A stretch of 64,000 nucleotides of DNA from an uncultured bacterium. Its GTDB lineage: Bacteria > Verrucomicrobiota > Verrucomicrobiia > Verrucomicrobiales > DEV007. Positions 46,433 through 57,718 of the stretch are shown here, piece after piece. The first letter of the stretch is position 1. Each line of letters opens with the position of its first letter. The notes below the pieces were generated by a model, which was not told where the DNA came from, did not search any database, and worked only from the letters and a program-made list of their open reading frames with translations. The stretch spans positions 64,001-128,000 of the forward strand of contig CAXBMO010000011.1 in NCBI GenBank assembly GCA_963977015.1, given 5' to 3'. The translations under genes and the position numbers were made by a program.

Positions 46433-49400
46433 TTAACAGCCTGAGGTGAGCCCGGTGAGGCCGGACTGTGAAGCGAACTCATATCGATAGGAATTCCAGC
46501 ACAGCTGAATGATGGATTCGCTGGAGTTGTAGACTTGCAGGACCTGTTGTGCTGAGCGGAGCGTGAAAATGTCCTGCTGAGTGAGCTCTGATGTATAATA
46601 GGTTCCGCTGTTGTAGGTAGGACCAAAATAGGTCCGGAAGTTGTAGCCCGTAGTGTCCGAAGCATTGTGAACGGCTGCAGTCTGGCGCATCACAATGGTA
46701 TGAGGTGCTTCATCGATGGTGGCTGACTGGAAGGTAATGACCCAGTTTCCACCGGAGTCTGCCACGGTTTGCGAAGAACCAATAAGTTGCCCTTGTTGGT
46801 TATAGACTTCCAGCACAACGGTTGATCCGGGTTGGACCAAACCACTGTTCATGTGGTGTGCTATTGAGGTGGGCAACCGGAGGTGGAAGTGATCTCCTCC
46901 TCCAAAGTGTCGGCCCAAGCTGGAGAACCCCTTTTCTGAGAATCCATCTGCCAGGCGGGAATCAGCAAATGAATCATTGCCCAAATACCCACGTTGATTG
47001 TCTTCACCAAAAAGGAAGTTCTGGATGGTGTCGAACTGAAGTACGGGCCAGTCTTCGGATTCTGGCTCTTCCTCTTCGATGATGGGAACCGGTGTGATGA
47101 GAGTCGTGTCTGTGTCCCGGTTGTTTGCCGGGGATGGATCGGGACCTCCTGATCCATCGTCTTTGATCGTTACGGTGTTGAGGATGACTCCTGCGTTCCA
47201 GACGCGAACCGAAACCGTTACCGATCCCGACTGGCCGGGGGCGAGTTGCCCGAGGTTCCAGGTGACGTTGCTTCCACTGTATCGACCGCCGTCCGATGCC
47301 GCCAGGAACTCAACTCCCGTAGGCAATGTGTCCGTGAGGACCACGCCGCTGGAAATTTGGTTGCCAACGTTAGTGTAACTCAGAGTGTAAGTGAGCGTTT
47401 CGCCGACTTCAGCGGTGTCGCGTCCATCGGTTTTGGTCACCACCAGATCCGGGGACGCGATGACCGGAGTCTCTTCATCGTCGGTGTTGTTCGCAGGTGT
47501 CGGATCGATGTCGAGATGAGTGACGTTCGCGGTATTGGTAATGGACTCCAAGCCTGCAGGAATCACGGCAGGCGCGGCGAGGGAGATTGTCACTTCTACC
47601 GTATCACCAATGACAATGTCAGGAAGGGCGATGGTGATGATCCCCCCGGAAAGGGTGCCAACAGGGGATGAACCGATGGGAGTGAATCCATGCTGCAGAA
47701 ATTCAGAAATATCGTCCGTAATTTCGACTCCCAGGGCATCTGCCCGTCCTATATTGGTAATCGAAAGTGTGTAGGTGACGTCCCCGCTCGGTGAGAATGT
47801 GGCCCCTCCATCGTCTTTACTGATGCGAAGGTCGGGTTGAAACACCTCTACGGTTTCGGAATCGGTATCGTTATAGTCATTGAGCGCTCCGCCCGGATCA
47901 GCCGGATCCCCCGTGCGTTCGTCAGAATTGGTTCCCGCTGTTGAGGTCCATTCCAATTCGGCATTGTTGACAATAACACTGTCAAAATCGGAAGTTGAAG
48001 ACGTGACGGTCGCTTCGAATGTCAACTCCACGCTTTCCCCGATATCGAGGCGATTGAGGACAACAGCCAGGGCGGAAGCGGTGCTGTTGTTCGCGGTAAT
48101 GGTGGTCGGGTTGGCCGGCGCTCCCAGCACGGTCAGCTGAATCGAGGATGGATCGAGCACGAGCTCAGATGGAAGCGAGTCGAGAACATCAATATCGAAC
48201 GCATCCGCAGGAAAAAGGCCGCCGGTGTTCTCAATCGTCAGAGTGTAGGTGAGCGTTTCACCAAGCTTGGGTCTGAGGTTGTCGACCGTTTTCTGAATGT
48301 CAAGTTCGGGCTCGACAAGGCTGATGGAGACTTGGTCCTGATCCTGGGGTAGGGCGGCATCGTTGACGTCTTCAGCATCGACGGTTGCGTCATTGGTCAG
48401 CGTCGTGCCGCCCTGATTGGTGGCGACGTTCTCGACAATGGTCTGATAGGTGATGACGAAGGAATCATCTGAGCCGTTATTGGTGGAACTGTTCACCACG
48501 TCCCCGAGATCCAGGGTTAACAGCCCGGTGCCGGAGACCCAGGTTTCAGAAATGGCACCGATGGAGATGAGGGCGTTGCTCTGGCCTGCGTCAAGGGTGG
48601 CGGAACCGGTGACGTATCGCATTCCAGCAGGCAAGCGGTCCTGGAGAACGAGAGCTGGAGTTGTTCCCTCCATGATCGTAACCTCCAACTCAAAGGTGAC
48701 GGTTTCGCCCACCGCGTAGGTGGTTGATGCTCCCGATGGAAGCCGCTTGTCTAGTGAGAGTTCCTCAATGACAGTGGCTGTTGCTGCCGTTGCGGTATCG
48801 GTGTAATCGTTGGCCCCGGTCCCATCTCCATTCCTTTCTTCGGTGCTGGACCCATCCAAACTCGTCCATTGTACCGTGGCCTCATTTTGGATAACCTGGT
48901 TTGGTTCGACCGTATTGTTGAGGACTCCGGAAATGGCGATGGAAATGGATCGGCCAAGCGCGAGGTCGTAACCTCCGGAAACGGTTCTCAGCTCGTTGCC
49001 TACCAGTTCAAAGGATGTCTTGATGTTTCCGGCAACGGATTCCGTGATGGTAACGCCAGAGGAGAAGTCGACGGTCACGCCGGATGGGATGAGATCGCTG
49101 AACACCAGGTCTCTGGCGTCGGCCGTTGAAGCTCCCGTATGCTCGATGACGATGTTCCACGTGATGGCATCACCGGAATCCACGTTGGTGGTGGCACTTG
49201 TCAGGGTTTTGCTGACCGTGACGTCGGGCTCCACGATTTCAACATCCTCAAAATCGGAGAGCATTTGGGCTCCGATGTCGCTGTCGTAGTACAGTTGCCC
49301 GGTGTTTCGGATGACATCACCATCCTGGTTCTCCCCATCATTCACGACCAAAGCTTGAACGGTGATGATGACTTGAGAGTCCGTCACCGTGCCGCTCGTG

Positions 49401-52400
49401 CCGGTGTTGGTGATCGTACCAAGGTTCAGGACGATGCGGTCGTCATACGTGTCCGCGTCGGTATCGGTGATGGAGGGAGACATTCCCGTGATGATTCCCT
49501 GGTCGCTCGTCAGATTGGAGCCGCCAGTAACCGTAGCCGATTGAATGTGAAGCAGGCCATTGGTCGGATCGAGTTGATCGACGATGCTCACATTCGTCGT
49601 TGTGCCGTTCCCGATCGTAGCGACCAGCTGATAGGTCACGACCTCTCCGATGACGAGGTCCGGTATGGTTCCACTGGTTCCCTCGGTGATCCCGGTGTGT
49701 GCCGCGTCACCGCTGACGAACACCTTGTCGAAGGCAAACGTGTCACTGACTTCCGTCGTGAAGCTTACACTGGCATTGGCTTCGTAATCATCCAGCGCGC
49801 CTCCCTGTCCGTCATCGCCGGTTCGCTCGTTCGCGTTGGCTCCGTCAATCGAAGTCCAGTCAACCTGCACATTGTTGGTGTAGGTTGATCCGTCAGTAAC
49901 GGCACCCGTGAGAAGCGCATCATAAGTAAACGTAATGGTTTCGCCAGCAGCCAGCGTGAAGGGCGCATTGCTGGTGACTCCGCTGGTAAGCGCTGTGAAA
50001 CTGGCGCTCACATCGCCTGAGATATTGCTGATCGCGGTGAAGGTTCCCGTTTGGAGCGCAATCTCAGTCGGCAAGGAGCTGACGTAAGTGGAGTCATAGG
50101 CGGAGAACTGGGTCGGATTGGTGATGGTGGCCTCATAGGAGACGGTGTCTCCGGAGTCCGGCTCGGCCGGGATCGAATCAATGAAGACTCCCGCCACAAT
50201 CTGCGGTTCGAAAACCTCGACCGATGCCTGATCATCGAACGTTTGTGCTCCCGAGTAGATGCTGAGTTCCCCATCATTGGTCAGAAGGTCGCCCGTCTGG
50301 TTCTGAACAACATTGGCGACTCTTGCGGTAATGCGAATCGTGATCGTGCTGTCGTCAGCGTTGTTTCCCTCAGCAACAATATCTCCAAAATCAAACTCGA
50401 TGACATCAGGGGAAGTGCCTGTGACGGTTCCACTGTCAGAGACACTCAATCCGCTGGAGATGCTGGTGATTCCACTTCCGATACTCGTGATCGTTCCGCT
50501 AACCAACTCTAGAACGCCGTTGGCAGTACCATTGGAGGCGGTAAACGGCAGGGTGTCGGTAATCACCACATCCGTCGTCGTGCCTTCTCCAAACGTTGCG
50601 ACGAGTTCGAACGTAACCTCTTCACCGATCACGAGGTCTTGAAGAAGGGGATCGCCCTGTCCTCCAAGGTCACCATTCTCTGAGGTTGAGATCACCGATT
50701 TCGTAAATGCATACGCCAGATCAGGATCAACTGGATCAGCCGCTGATACAATAGGTGTCGCAGAACGTCCCGCGCCATCATCAGGATCGTGGTCGTAGTT
50801 CAGCGTCGCAGAGTTGACGATGTTCGAGGAAAGGTCCGTGATGGAGTCGACCATCACGAATTGCATCGTGACTTCGTAGGGATTCGCGGCATCGATCGAT
50901 TGAGGGATGGTTTCCCAGCGTAACGTGATCGTTTCACCGGCGAGACCGGTTCCCGTTCCTGAAATTGTGGTGAGGTCGGGATCCGGGGTGGCTCCGGTTC
51001 CGTTGATGGAACCTGGAACCAACTGGAACCCGCTCGGAATGGTGTCCGTTAGGATCACGTCCATGGCATCAGCGCCGCTCGTTGCGTCGTGATTAATGGT
51101 AAACGTATAGTTGAAGACGTCGCCGGCATCCCCCGAGTCCGCCCCTGTCAGGGTTTTCTCAAATTCGAGCACTGGTTCAACCACCGTGACCGATACCTGG
51201 TTATCATTGTCGTCAGAAACTCCGTCAGCGCTCGCGTCTGCATCATTGGTGAGGACCGCCGTGTTGTAGACGTTAACAGGATCGTCAGAGGCCGTAGCAT
51301 CATAGGTGATGAAAAAGGAGTCCGTGTCTGACGTTGTGGAATCATCGGAGTTGCCAGGATTGAGCACACTCGATGCCGTGATCGTGAGGACCTGTCCGAC
51401 TTGAGCCGCAGCGAAGTCGGTAACCGTCATGCCATTGATATTGGAGATCTGTACGGACCCGAGGTCGAGAGTCATCCCGTCCGGGAGCGTATCGACGATT
51501 GAGAGATTCGTGAGCGTGCCCTCAGCAATGGACACTTCCAATTGGTAAGTGATGGTGTCGCCGACCAGAACCTCTGTAGTTCCGGCTGGGATGGATTTGG
51601 TAACGTCCAAAACTCCCTGGACGCTCGTGTTTGCGGAATCTGAATCGCTGTAGTCATTAACGCCGCCGGAACCGTCGCGTTCGCCAGAATCAGTGCCATC
51701 GATGCCGCTCCAGGTAAGATTCGCGGTGTTGGCGATCGCGTCGCTGGGGTTGGCGTCATCACGAACTTGTCCGGTGATCGTCAAGGTTAGGACCTCGCCC
51801 TGAGCCAAATCCAGATTACCGGTTTGGACCAGGTCGTTGCTGCCATCAATATTGAAAGAGCCGCTCACGTCTGCGGCATCGAGTGTCGCGCTGACGAGGG
51901 TGAAGTTTTCCAGAATACCATCTGGGAGAGCGTCTGACAGATCCAGGTCGAAGGCATCCGCGGTGGAAGAACCGGTGTGCTGAACGAGAATCTGGTAGGT
52001 GACGGTGTCTCCGGCATCAAGCCCCGACACATCGTTGGTGATGGATTTCGTGACGCTTAGATCAGGCTCGACGATGGTGATGTCGGTATCGTCGTCCGGT
52101 GTTGAATCGCTGGAGACCTGAGCGGCGCCGCTTCCATCGGTCCAATTGAGGTCCGCAATGTTTGAGCGAACCACGTTGTTTTGGTTGGAGGCGATGTTGT
52201 CGACCAGCGCAGAATAGCGGATCTCGATGGTCTGGGTGGCAAGACCATCTCCGGACGCTCCTTCGTTGAATTCGATGGTTCCAAAATCGAGTTGAAGCTG
52301 CTCGTCGGAAGTCGTTCCAGGATCGGTTCGGGTAAAGAATACGTTGTTCGTATCATCGTAGGGGCCAGCGGTGGTTACCGTGATTCCTGCCCCTGCGGTA

Positions 52401-55400
52401 ACCGTCAACGTGCCGCTTATGTAACTCATTCCCGCTTCCAAGGCGTCCACGACAACCGCGTTGTCCGTTTGTCCTTCTGGCACGGTGATTGTGAGGACAT
52501 ATTCGACGGTTTCTCCAATCGTATAGGTTGTATCCGCCGGTGTCGCGAGGACTTTGGAGATGGTCGCGTCTGGAGAACTGAAACTTTCGGAGTCCGCGTC
52601 GGTATAGACTCTCTCTCCATCAGTGTCGCCCGAAGCTCCAGCCACACTTCCTGTGGCGTTGTCGCCAGAACCATCCGCTGTTCCCGAGCCCGGAAGGCTG
52701 GAGTAGGTCAGGTTGGCAGTGTTGGTTACGGTCTGTCCAGCTCCAATCTGATCCGTCCCAGAATCGCGAACCCGTGCGTCAAAGGTGATCTCAAAGCTGT
52801 CGCCCGCTTCCAGTTGATCAATGAAAGCCGTGATGTCCTGTCCCACGACTCCCAAACTGCTGGTTACCACGTATCCTGGAAGGCCGGAGAAAGTGAGGCT
52901 TCCTCCATCGATCTCCAATTCTGCGGGGAGGGTGTCCGTGATGTTGAGGTCATAAGCCGTTGCCGCATTGATGTTGCTGTCCGCCGTAATGGTCAGGGTA
53001 TAGCTGATAACATCTCCCGCGTCGGCTGAGCTGGCTCCGTTGTCCGATTTGGAAATCGAAACCTGGGGTTGAACGACGTTCGCGTCGATCGTGGCCGGCG
53101 ATCCGGAGTCAACACCGTTGACCTGTACCTGGGCGGAGTTGGTTAGGGTGTTGCCACGAAAGACGTTGGTCCCGTCATCGTTTGATACAATGACATTGTA
53201 GGAAATGGTCAGGCTCTCCGCCGATCCGGAATCGGTTTCGTTGTTCGTGATCTGGCCAAAATCAAAGGTGATGATCTGTCCATTAACGGTGATCTGGCCG
53301 GGGTCGAGAGTTTGAGCACTGGTATGAACATTGGCAGGAAGGTCCGCGGCGACATAGGTGCCTCCTCCGGCGTCAAACCCATTCAGCTGAACCGTCACGT
53401 TGTTGTCCGCTGGGGCGAGAAACTGCAATCCAGCTTCCAGGGTATCGACCAGGCTTAAGTTGGTCATGTTGCCCTGGGGAAGGTCGATGGTTACCTCATA
53501 GCGAATGATTTCGCCGGGCACCGCGTTGACCTGGCCTGCCGCTGAAGTGTCGTTGGAGGTATGGCCCTCCGAGGTGTCGATGATTGCTTTGTCGCCTTGG
53601 GGATTTGGAACCACGAAAGCGGCATCGTTGCTTTCACTGTAATCGTTCTGTGTCGCAAACAGAGGGTCGGATGTATCTCCGGAACGTTCGATACTATATT
53701 GGTTGTGCGTGGAAATGACGCCGGGGTCTCCGGGGAGGCTGGTCCAGGTAGCTGTCGCGGTATTGGTTACCGTGGTATTGACGTCCAATCCCGTATCAAC
53801 GGTGACATCGATTGAGAAGACTGCGGATTCTCCAACAGCAAGGGTAGCCCAACTGGCGGAAATGGTGCCTTCCGGTGCGCCTGGTGTGAAGGTGAGCGAG
53901 TCCGGAACCACGCCGCTGAGGTATTGAAGATTGGTTGCGGAATTGATTTCCTCGGGAAGCACATCGCTTAATACGATATCATAGGCTTCTACTGACCCAT
54001 TGTTGGTGACTGTGAATTCATAGGTCACGGTCTCATCGGCCATTGCGTTCGCGTTTGAAACGACTTTGGAGACATCGATGTCCGCTTCCCGTATCGTAAT
54101 GTTGGAGGCTTGATCGTCTACGGTTTGCGTTCCTCCGTTGACGTTCCAGGAGAGGTTGGCATCATTGTTTCGCCTTGTTCCCTCGCTATTGCCGGTGTGG
54201 TTGAGAACGACGGCGCGATATTGGAATGTCAGGGTTTCTGCGGTCGCATTGTCCGTGTTCGTATTGGTAATCGTGCCGAGCCCGGGCGTGGAGCCAAAGC
54301 CAAGTTCGATCGTGTTTCCGGAATTCTGCGTAGTGCCTGGATCGGTGACAATTGCAGTGATGGAGCTTAAAGCGCCGAGACTGGAACTAAGATCTCCAGA
54401 GACTGCGGTGACGCCGAGAAAATCGACAAACGCCAACCCGTTATCCATCAGATCCACGATTTCAACCTGCTCCAGGTCTCCTTCGGGAATGGTGACCGTG
54501 ACTTCGTAGGTGATGATTTCACCGATGACGGCCTCCGAATCGCTGTTCGCAGCGGTGTTGTGACTGGTGCTGACCACGGATTTGGCGAGAATGGGGGCAA
54601 CCGTGGTGACGGAGGCGGTATCAACCAGTTCTCCATCATCAGCATGATCGGTTCCGCCTTCCGAATGGCTGTAGCTGACAATTTCTGCGGTGTTGGTCAG
54701 CGTTTCCAGGGCGGTAGCCGTACTATCGACAAGGAGATCATAGGCGATGATTGCGATGTTGCTGCCGCTTGCTCCATCATAGGCCGTGAGACTTCCCTGA
54801 GCCGCACTGGGATCCGTCAGTTCGAGCCCTGCGCCAAACAAGTCTCCGCTGGTGGTAAGAGCGGTTCCGTTTCCATCGGTAACGCGAAGGTTCAGCCCCG
54901 CGCCAGAACTTGGAACGATGAAACCAGCCGGCATCGTATCGTTGATCACGACGTCAAATGCTCCGTAGGAACTGTTTCCGGTGTTCTCTACCGTGATGAC
55001 AAAGGTGACCAAATCCCCGGCGTCGATGGCGCTCAAATTGGCATTGATCGCTTGGGTTTCCAATGCATCTGAGGTTATTGCGTTGCCTGAAAATGCGGAG
55101 GCGCTCCCGGGGGCGGCAAAGGTGGTTCCTGCCGGACCGGTTGTGGAATCAAAGACTCCGGTCGGATGGGTGGTTGAAACCACACCTTTGGTGATGCTGA
55201 GTTCTGGCTCTTCCAGGATGATCTGAGCCATTTCCGAGGAACTTGCCGTTGAGAGAAAGGAGTTCGCTTCTGACGCGCCAACTTGGTTGGTGAACTGGAG
55301 TCCGTCGGCATATTCTGCGTCCAGAATCTCCACGGTGACGATGAACTCGATCGTGCTTGAAACGGCGTCATTGGCCCCGAGACTGTAGTCACCGATCTCG

Positions 55401-57718
55401 ATGACAAAGCCGTTCGAGCTTGCAAAAGTCGCCAGATCGATCACGGGATCGAGGCCGGACAGACTTGGGTTGCCGGAATCATCGATTCCGCCATCTCCGG
55501 TATCATCAGGGCCCTGAGAGCCGTAGAAGGTATCTCCAGAACCGAAACTGATCCGGCCTGCTGTCGTATAAGCCGTTCCCGCATCAAAATCATAAACCTG
55601 GCTGTCGTCGATGCTTGAAGCATCGAAAATGGGAAGCGGTAGAAAGTCTTCCAGACGAAGGCTCTCAAACTCCGTGGTCGGCAGTTCATAGCTAATTCGG
55701 TAGCTCACCAAGTCTCCTGCACTGACATTGTAATCTACCGGGTTCAGTGTGGTGGTACCATGGGAGGTGATGGCGACGACTTCCTTGGAGACCGAACCTA
55801 CCGGAATGGAAACACTCGACGAGCTGCCGTCCGTAACGGTTTGATTGTGGCGGGTCAGGTCGTCGATATCCAGGTTTTCACCGCTGATGGTGACCGTGTT
55901 CGTCAGCTCATCTCCCTGGCTGATCTCTTGTTCACCAGGAACAACGGTGTGCGAGTTTCGAATCTGGACGCGGTAGGTAATGGTTCCTGTCGTGGCGCCT
56001 GCATTGAAAACGGAAGGGTCCACGGATCCCCCACTCAGGCCTCCTGATGGGACCAAGCCACCAAGGATGGGATCCCCACCAGAAATTAAGGTATGACTCG
56101 CCTGTAGCTGTGAGTAGACATCAAACTGAATACTGGTCGATCCATCGGCGTTTACGACCGAAGTGAAGTTTGCGGAGTCGAAGTCGACGGTGATGGTCTC
56201 TCCATGTTGGGTATAGGTTAGCTGAGGAATGATCTCGGATCCGTCAGTCACAAACCCGCCTCGCGCATCGCCGGGGAGGAAGTCTTGCCCATCTCCAAGT
56301 AGGTCGTCCACAACCAAGTCTTCAAATGCGAAATAGTCGGAGACCTGGAAATTTAGCGTGTATTCCAAGATGTCTTGAGGAGAGTTGCCAGCCGCATTGC
56401 GGTCGTCGATGTTTGCGACACCCTTCTGAATGGCCAGGGAATGTTCCTCGAGAACGTAATCCGTTTCCAGATTGCCGGTTACCCCATCCTGACTAGCTCC
56501 GGCGGGACCTTCGTTGTCTGAAACAGGATTGCCGTTCCAAAGCCCGGTAATTTGCGCGTCGTTGTAGGGAGAAATGTCCAGTTGCTCGCCTGTTTCCGGA
56601 TCGATGACGGCGGCACTACTTTCTCCGTCCGTGAAGGGAATGAAGGCTTCGTAGGTGATGGTAATGTCCGTGCCGCTGACCCCGGTGACGGATCCAAATG
56701 AAAGATCAAGCAGGTTGTCTGAAGCTGGGGTTCCCGTCAGGCCATCAGAGTTGATCAGCGGCTCATCATTCGTTGTAAACGCAAGCGGGTTTCCTCCCGA
56801 ATCGAGAACTTGAAGATTTCCGAGATAGGCCAGATCACCGGGAATCACATCAGTAAGGCTCAGGCCGTTCACCGTCTCCCCGGTTGCTACATCAATGCTG
56901 AGGGTATAGGTAACGGGATGGTTGGGGCCGGAAGCCAGTTCGCCAATGTAGGTGCCGTCTTCTTCCGGAACGGCAGCCGTTTTAGTGAGTTGCATCACCA
57001 TTGGCATGACGTCGGATGTGGCCGAAGCTCCAAAGATCGGAGCATCGTCCGGCGCGGCAACGGTTCCCGGATCGTTCAAGGCTGTATGACCCAGCGCGAA
57101 ACCACCCTGAGCCGTAATCCCATAAGACTGGTTTGGTACAATACCGTCAGCCGTATTGAGACTGGCATTAACCGTTAAGGAAAGAGCGGGATTATCCTGA
57201 GAATAGCTTCCAAACGGAAGTTCAACATTATAGACGTATTGACCAATCAGGCTGGGAGTGGTGACGACATCGTAGGTTACCGGAGTGGTTCCTGAGCCCG
57301 CTCCACCATAATATTCGTCGGGAGGAGTTCCAATGCTACTTTCGAACATTGGGTGATCGATGGGCACCGGAGAAGCTGACGAACCGATCTCGATGAGCTG
57401 GCCATCGTTGCCGATTTCACCGATCGGCTCGGTGGCGAGGCCGTCAGGATTGGTTTGCTCGGTCCCGGTCAGGTTGATGGAATTGATCTGGACTTCCGGT
57501 GGTGCGACAATGTCCACATAGGGAGCGAAACCGACCTGGTCTCCGGTATTGTCGAATTCAACGGTGAACTCGATATCATCATTGACCAACTGATCTTCAG
57601 CAACGGTTAGTGCTTCCGTGCTAACGGCAACCTCAGGAACGGCATCGAAGAGAATTCGAGGTTCCAAGGGTTCAAAATGGATATGGGTGGCCTTTTTGCC
57701 TTGTGAGTTTGTAGCCAT
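46433..57718 (-). CDS. Giant (3761 aa) acidic surface protein: LEPRxLL leader, about 20 isopeptide-type/DUF11 Ig-like repeats, C-terminal Ig-like domain
   Basis: N-terminal FEPLEPRILFDA; repeated K...G(D/E).(V/I)TY...D.LP...(I/L)TNTA units; C-terminal G..QPGSTV......G....ADSGGNW. Confidence 0.9.
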   Translation of the reverse strand: MATNSQGKKATHIHFEPLEPRILFDAVPEVAVSTEALTVAEDQLVNDDIEFTVEFDNTGDQVGFAPYVDIVAPPEVQINSINLTGTEQTNPDGLATEPIGEIGNDGQLIEIGSSASPVPIDHPMFESSIGTPPDEYYGGAGSGTTPVTYDVVTTPSLIGQYVYNVELPFGSYSQDNPALSLTVNASLNTADGIVPNQSYGITAQGGFALGHTALNDPGTVAAPDDAPIFGASATSDVMPMVMQLTKTAAVPEEDGTYIGELASGPNHPVTYTLSIDVATGETVNGLSLTDVIPGDLAYLGNLQVLDSGGNPLAFTTNDEPLINSDGLTGTPASDNLLDLSFGSVTGVSGTDITITYEAFIPFTDGESSAAVIDPETGEQLDISPYNDAQITGLWNGNPVSDNEGPAGASQDGVTGNLETDYVLEEHSLAIQKGVANIDDRNAAGNSPQDILEYTLNFQVSDYFAFEDLVVDDLLGDGQDFLPGDARGGFVTDGSEIIPQLTYTQHGETITVDFDSANFTSVVNADGSTSIQFDVYSQLQASHTLISGGDPILGGLVPSGGLSGGSVDPSVFNAGATTGTITYRVQIRNSHTVVPGEQEISQGDELTNTVTISGENLDIDDLTRHNQTVTDGSSSSVSIPVGSVSKEVVAITSHGTTTLNPVDYNVSAGDLVSYRISYELPTTEFESLRLEDFLPLPIFDASSIDDSQVYDFDAGTAYTTAGRISFGSGDTFYGSQGPDDTGDGGIDDSGNPSLSGLDPVIDLATFASSNGFVIEIGDYSLGANDAVSSTIEFIVTVEILDAEYADGLQFTNQVGASEANSFLSTASSSEMAQIILEEPELSITKGVVSTTHPTGVFDSTTGPAGTTFAAPGSASAFSGNAITSDALETQAINANLSAIDAGDLVTFVITVENTGNSSYGAFDVVINDTMPAGFIVPSSGAGLNLRVTDGNGTALTTSGDLFGAGLELTDPSAAQGSLTAYDGASGSNIAIIAYDLLVDSTATALETLTNTAEIVSYSHSEGGTDHADDGELVDTASVTTVAPILAKSVVSTSHNTAANSDSEAVIGEIITYEVTVTIPEGDLEQVEIVDLMDNGLAFVDFLGVTAVSGDLSSSLGALSSITAIVTDPGTTQNSGNTIELGFGSTPGLGTITNTNTDNATAETLTFQYRAVVLNHTGNSEGTRRNNDANLSWNVNGGTQTVDDQASNITIREADIDVSKVVSNANAMADETVTYEFTVTNNGSVEAYDIVLSDVLPEEINSATNLQYLSGVVPDSLTFTPGAPEGTISASWATLAVGESAVFSIDVTVDTGLDVNTTVTNTATATWTSLPGDPGVISTHNQYSIERSGDTSDPLFATQNDYSESNDAAFVVPNPQGDKAIIDTSEGHTSNDTSAAGQVNAVPGEIIRYEVTIDLPQGNMTNLSLVDTLEAGLQFLAPADNNVTVQLNGFDAGGGTYVAADLPANVHTSAQTLDPGQITVNGQIITFDFGQITNNETDSGSAESLTISYNVIVSNDDGTNVFRGNTLTNSAQVQVNGVDSGSPATIDANVVQPQVSISKSDNGASSADAGDVISYTLTITADSNINAATAYDLNITDTLPAELEIDGGSLTFSGLPGYVVTSSLGVVGQDITAFIDQLEAGDSFEITFDARVRDSGTDQIGAGQTVTNTANLTYSSLPGSGTADGSGDNATGSVAGASGDTDGERVYTDADSESFSSPDATISKVLATPADTTYTIGETVEYVLTITVPEGQTDNAVVVDALEAGMSYISGTLTVTAGAGITVTTAGPYDDTNNVFFTRTDPGTTSDEQLQLDFGTIEFNEGASGDGLATQTIEIRYSALVDNIASNQNNVVRSNIADLNWTDGSGAAQVSSDSTPDDDTDITIVEPDLSVTKSITNDVSGLDAGDTVTYQILVQHTGSSTADAFDLDLSDALPDGILENFTLVSATLDAADVSGSFNIDGSNDLVQTGNLDLAQGEVLTLTITGQVRDDANPSDAIANTANLTWSGIDGTDSGERDGSGGVNDYSDSDSANTSVQGVLDVTKSIPAGTTEVLVGDTITYQLEVSIAEGTLTNLSIVDTLPDGMTLDLGSVQISNINGMTVTDFAAAQVGQVLTITASSVLNPGNSDDSTTSDTDSFFITYDATASDDPVNVYNTAVLTNDADASADGVSDDNDNQVSVTVVEPVLEFEKTLTGADSGDAGDVFNYTFTINHDATSGADAMDVILTDTIPSGFQLVPGSINGTGATPDPDLTTISGTGTGLAGETITLRWETIPQSIDAANPYEVTMQFVMVDSITDLSSNIVNSATLNYDHDPDDGAGRSATPIVSAADPVDPDLAYAFTKSVISTSENGDLGGQGDPLLQDLVIGEEVTFELVATFGEGTTTDVVITDTLPFTASNGTANGVLELVSGTITSIGSGITSISSGLSVSDSGTVTGTSPDVIEFDFGDIVAEGNNADDSTITIRITARVANVVQNQTGDLLTNDGELSIYSGAQTFDDQASVEVFEPQIVAGVFIDSIPAEPDSGDTVSYEATITNPTQFSAYDSTYVSSLPTEIALQTGTFTAISNISGDVSASFTALTSGVTSNAPFTLAAGETITFTYDALLTGAVTDGSTYTNNVQVDWTSIDGANANERTGDDGQGGALDDYEANASVSFTTEVSDTFAFDKVFVSGDAAHTGITEGTSGTIPDLVIGEVVTYQLVATIGNGTTTNVSIVDQLDPTNGLLHIQSATVTGGSNLTSDQGIITGMSPSITDTDADTYDDRIVLNLGTITNTGTSGTVTDSQVIITVQALVVNDGENQDGDVIRNTGQLYYDSDIGAQMLSDFEDVEIVEPDVTVSKTLTSATTNVDSGDAITWNIVIEHTGASTADARDLVFSDLIPSGVTVDFSSGVTITESVAGNIKTSFELVGNELRTVSGGYDLALGRSISIAISGVLNNTVEPNQVIQNEATVQWTSLDGSSTEERNGDGTGANDYTDTATAATATVIEELSLDKRLPSGASTTYAVGETVTFELEVTIMEGTTPALVLQDRLPAGMRYVTGSATLDAGQSNALISIGAISETWVSGTGLLTLDLGDVVNSSTNNGSDDSFVITYQTIVENVATNQGGTTLTNDATVDAEDVNDAALPQDQDQVSISLVEPELDIQKTVDNLRPKLGETLTYTLTIENTGGLFPADAFDIDVLDSLPSELVLDPSSIQLTVLGAPANPTTITANNSTASALAVVLNRLDIGESVELTFEATVTSSTSDFDSVIVNNAELEWTSTAGTNSDERTGDPADPGGALNDYNDTDSETVEVFQPDLRISKDDGGATFSPSGDVTYTLSITNIGRADALGVEITDDISEFLQHGFTPIGSSPVGTLSGGIITIALPDIVIGDTVEVTISLAAPAVIPAGLESITNTANVTHLDIDPTPANNTDDEETPVIASPDLVVTKTDGRDTAEVGETLTYTLSYTNVGNQISSGVVLTDTLPTGVEFLAASDGGRYSGSNVTWNLGQLAPGQSGSVTVSVRVWNAGVILNTVTIKDDGSGGPDPSPANNRDTDTTLITPVPIIEEEEPESEDWPVLQFDTIQNFLFGEDNQRGYLGNDSFADSRLADGFSEKGFSSLGRHFGGGDHFHLRLPTSIAHHMNSGLVQPGSTVVLEVYNQQGQLIGSSQTVADSGGNWVITFQSATIDEAPHTIVMRQTAAVHNASDTTGYNFRTYFGPTYNSGTYYTSELTQQDIFTLRSAQQVLQVYNSSESIIQLCWNSYRYEFASQSGLTGLTSGC

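Noticed and set aside
46433-57718. Giant gene as an RTX toxin, Rhs or diversity-generating target
   Set aside because: No GGxGxD nonapeptides, YD repeats, reverse transcriptase or near-identical DNA repeats were seen.
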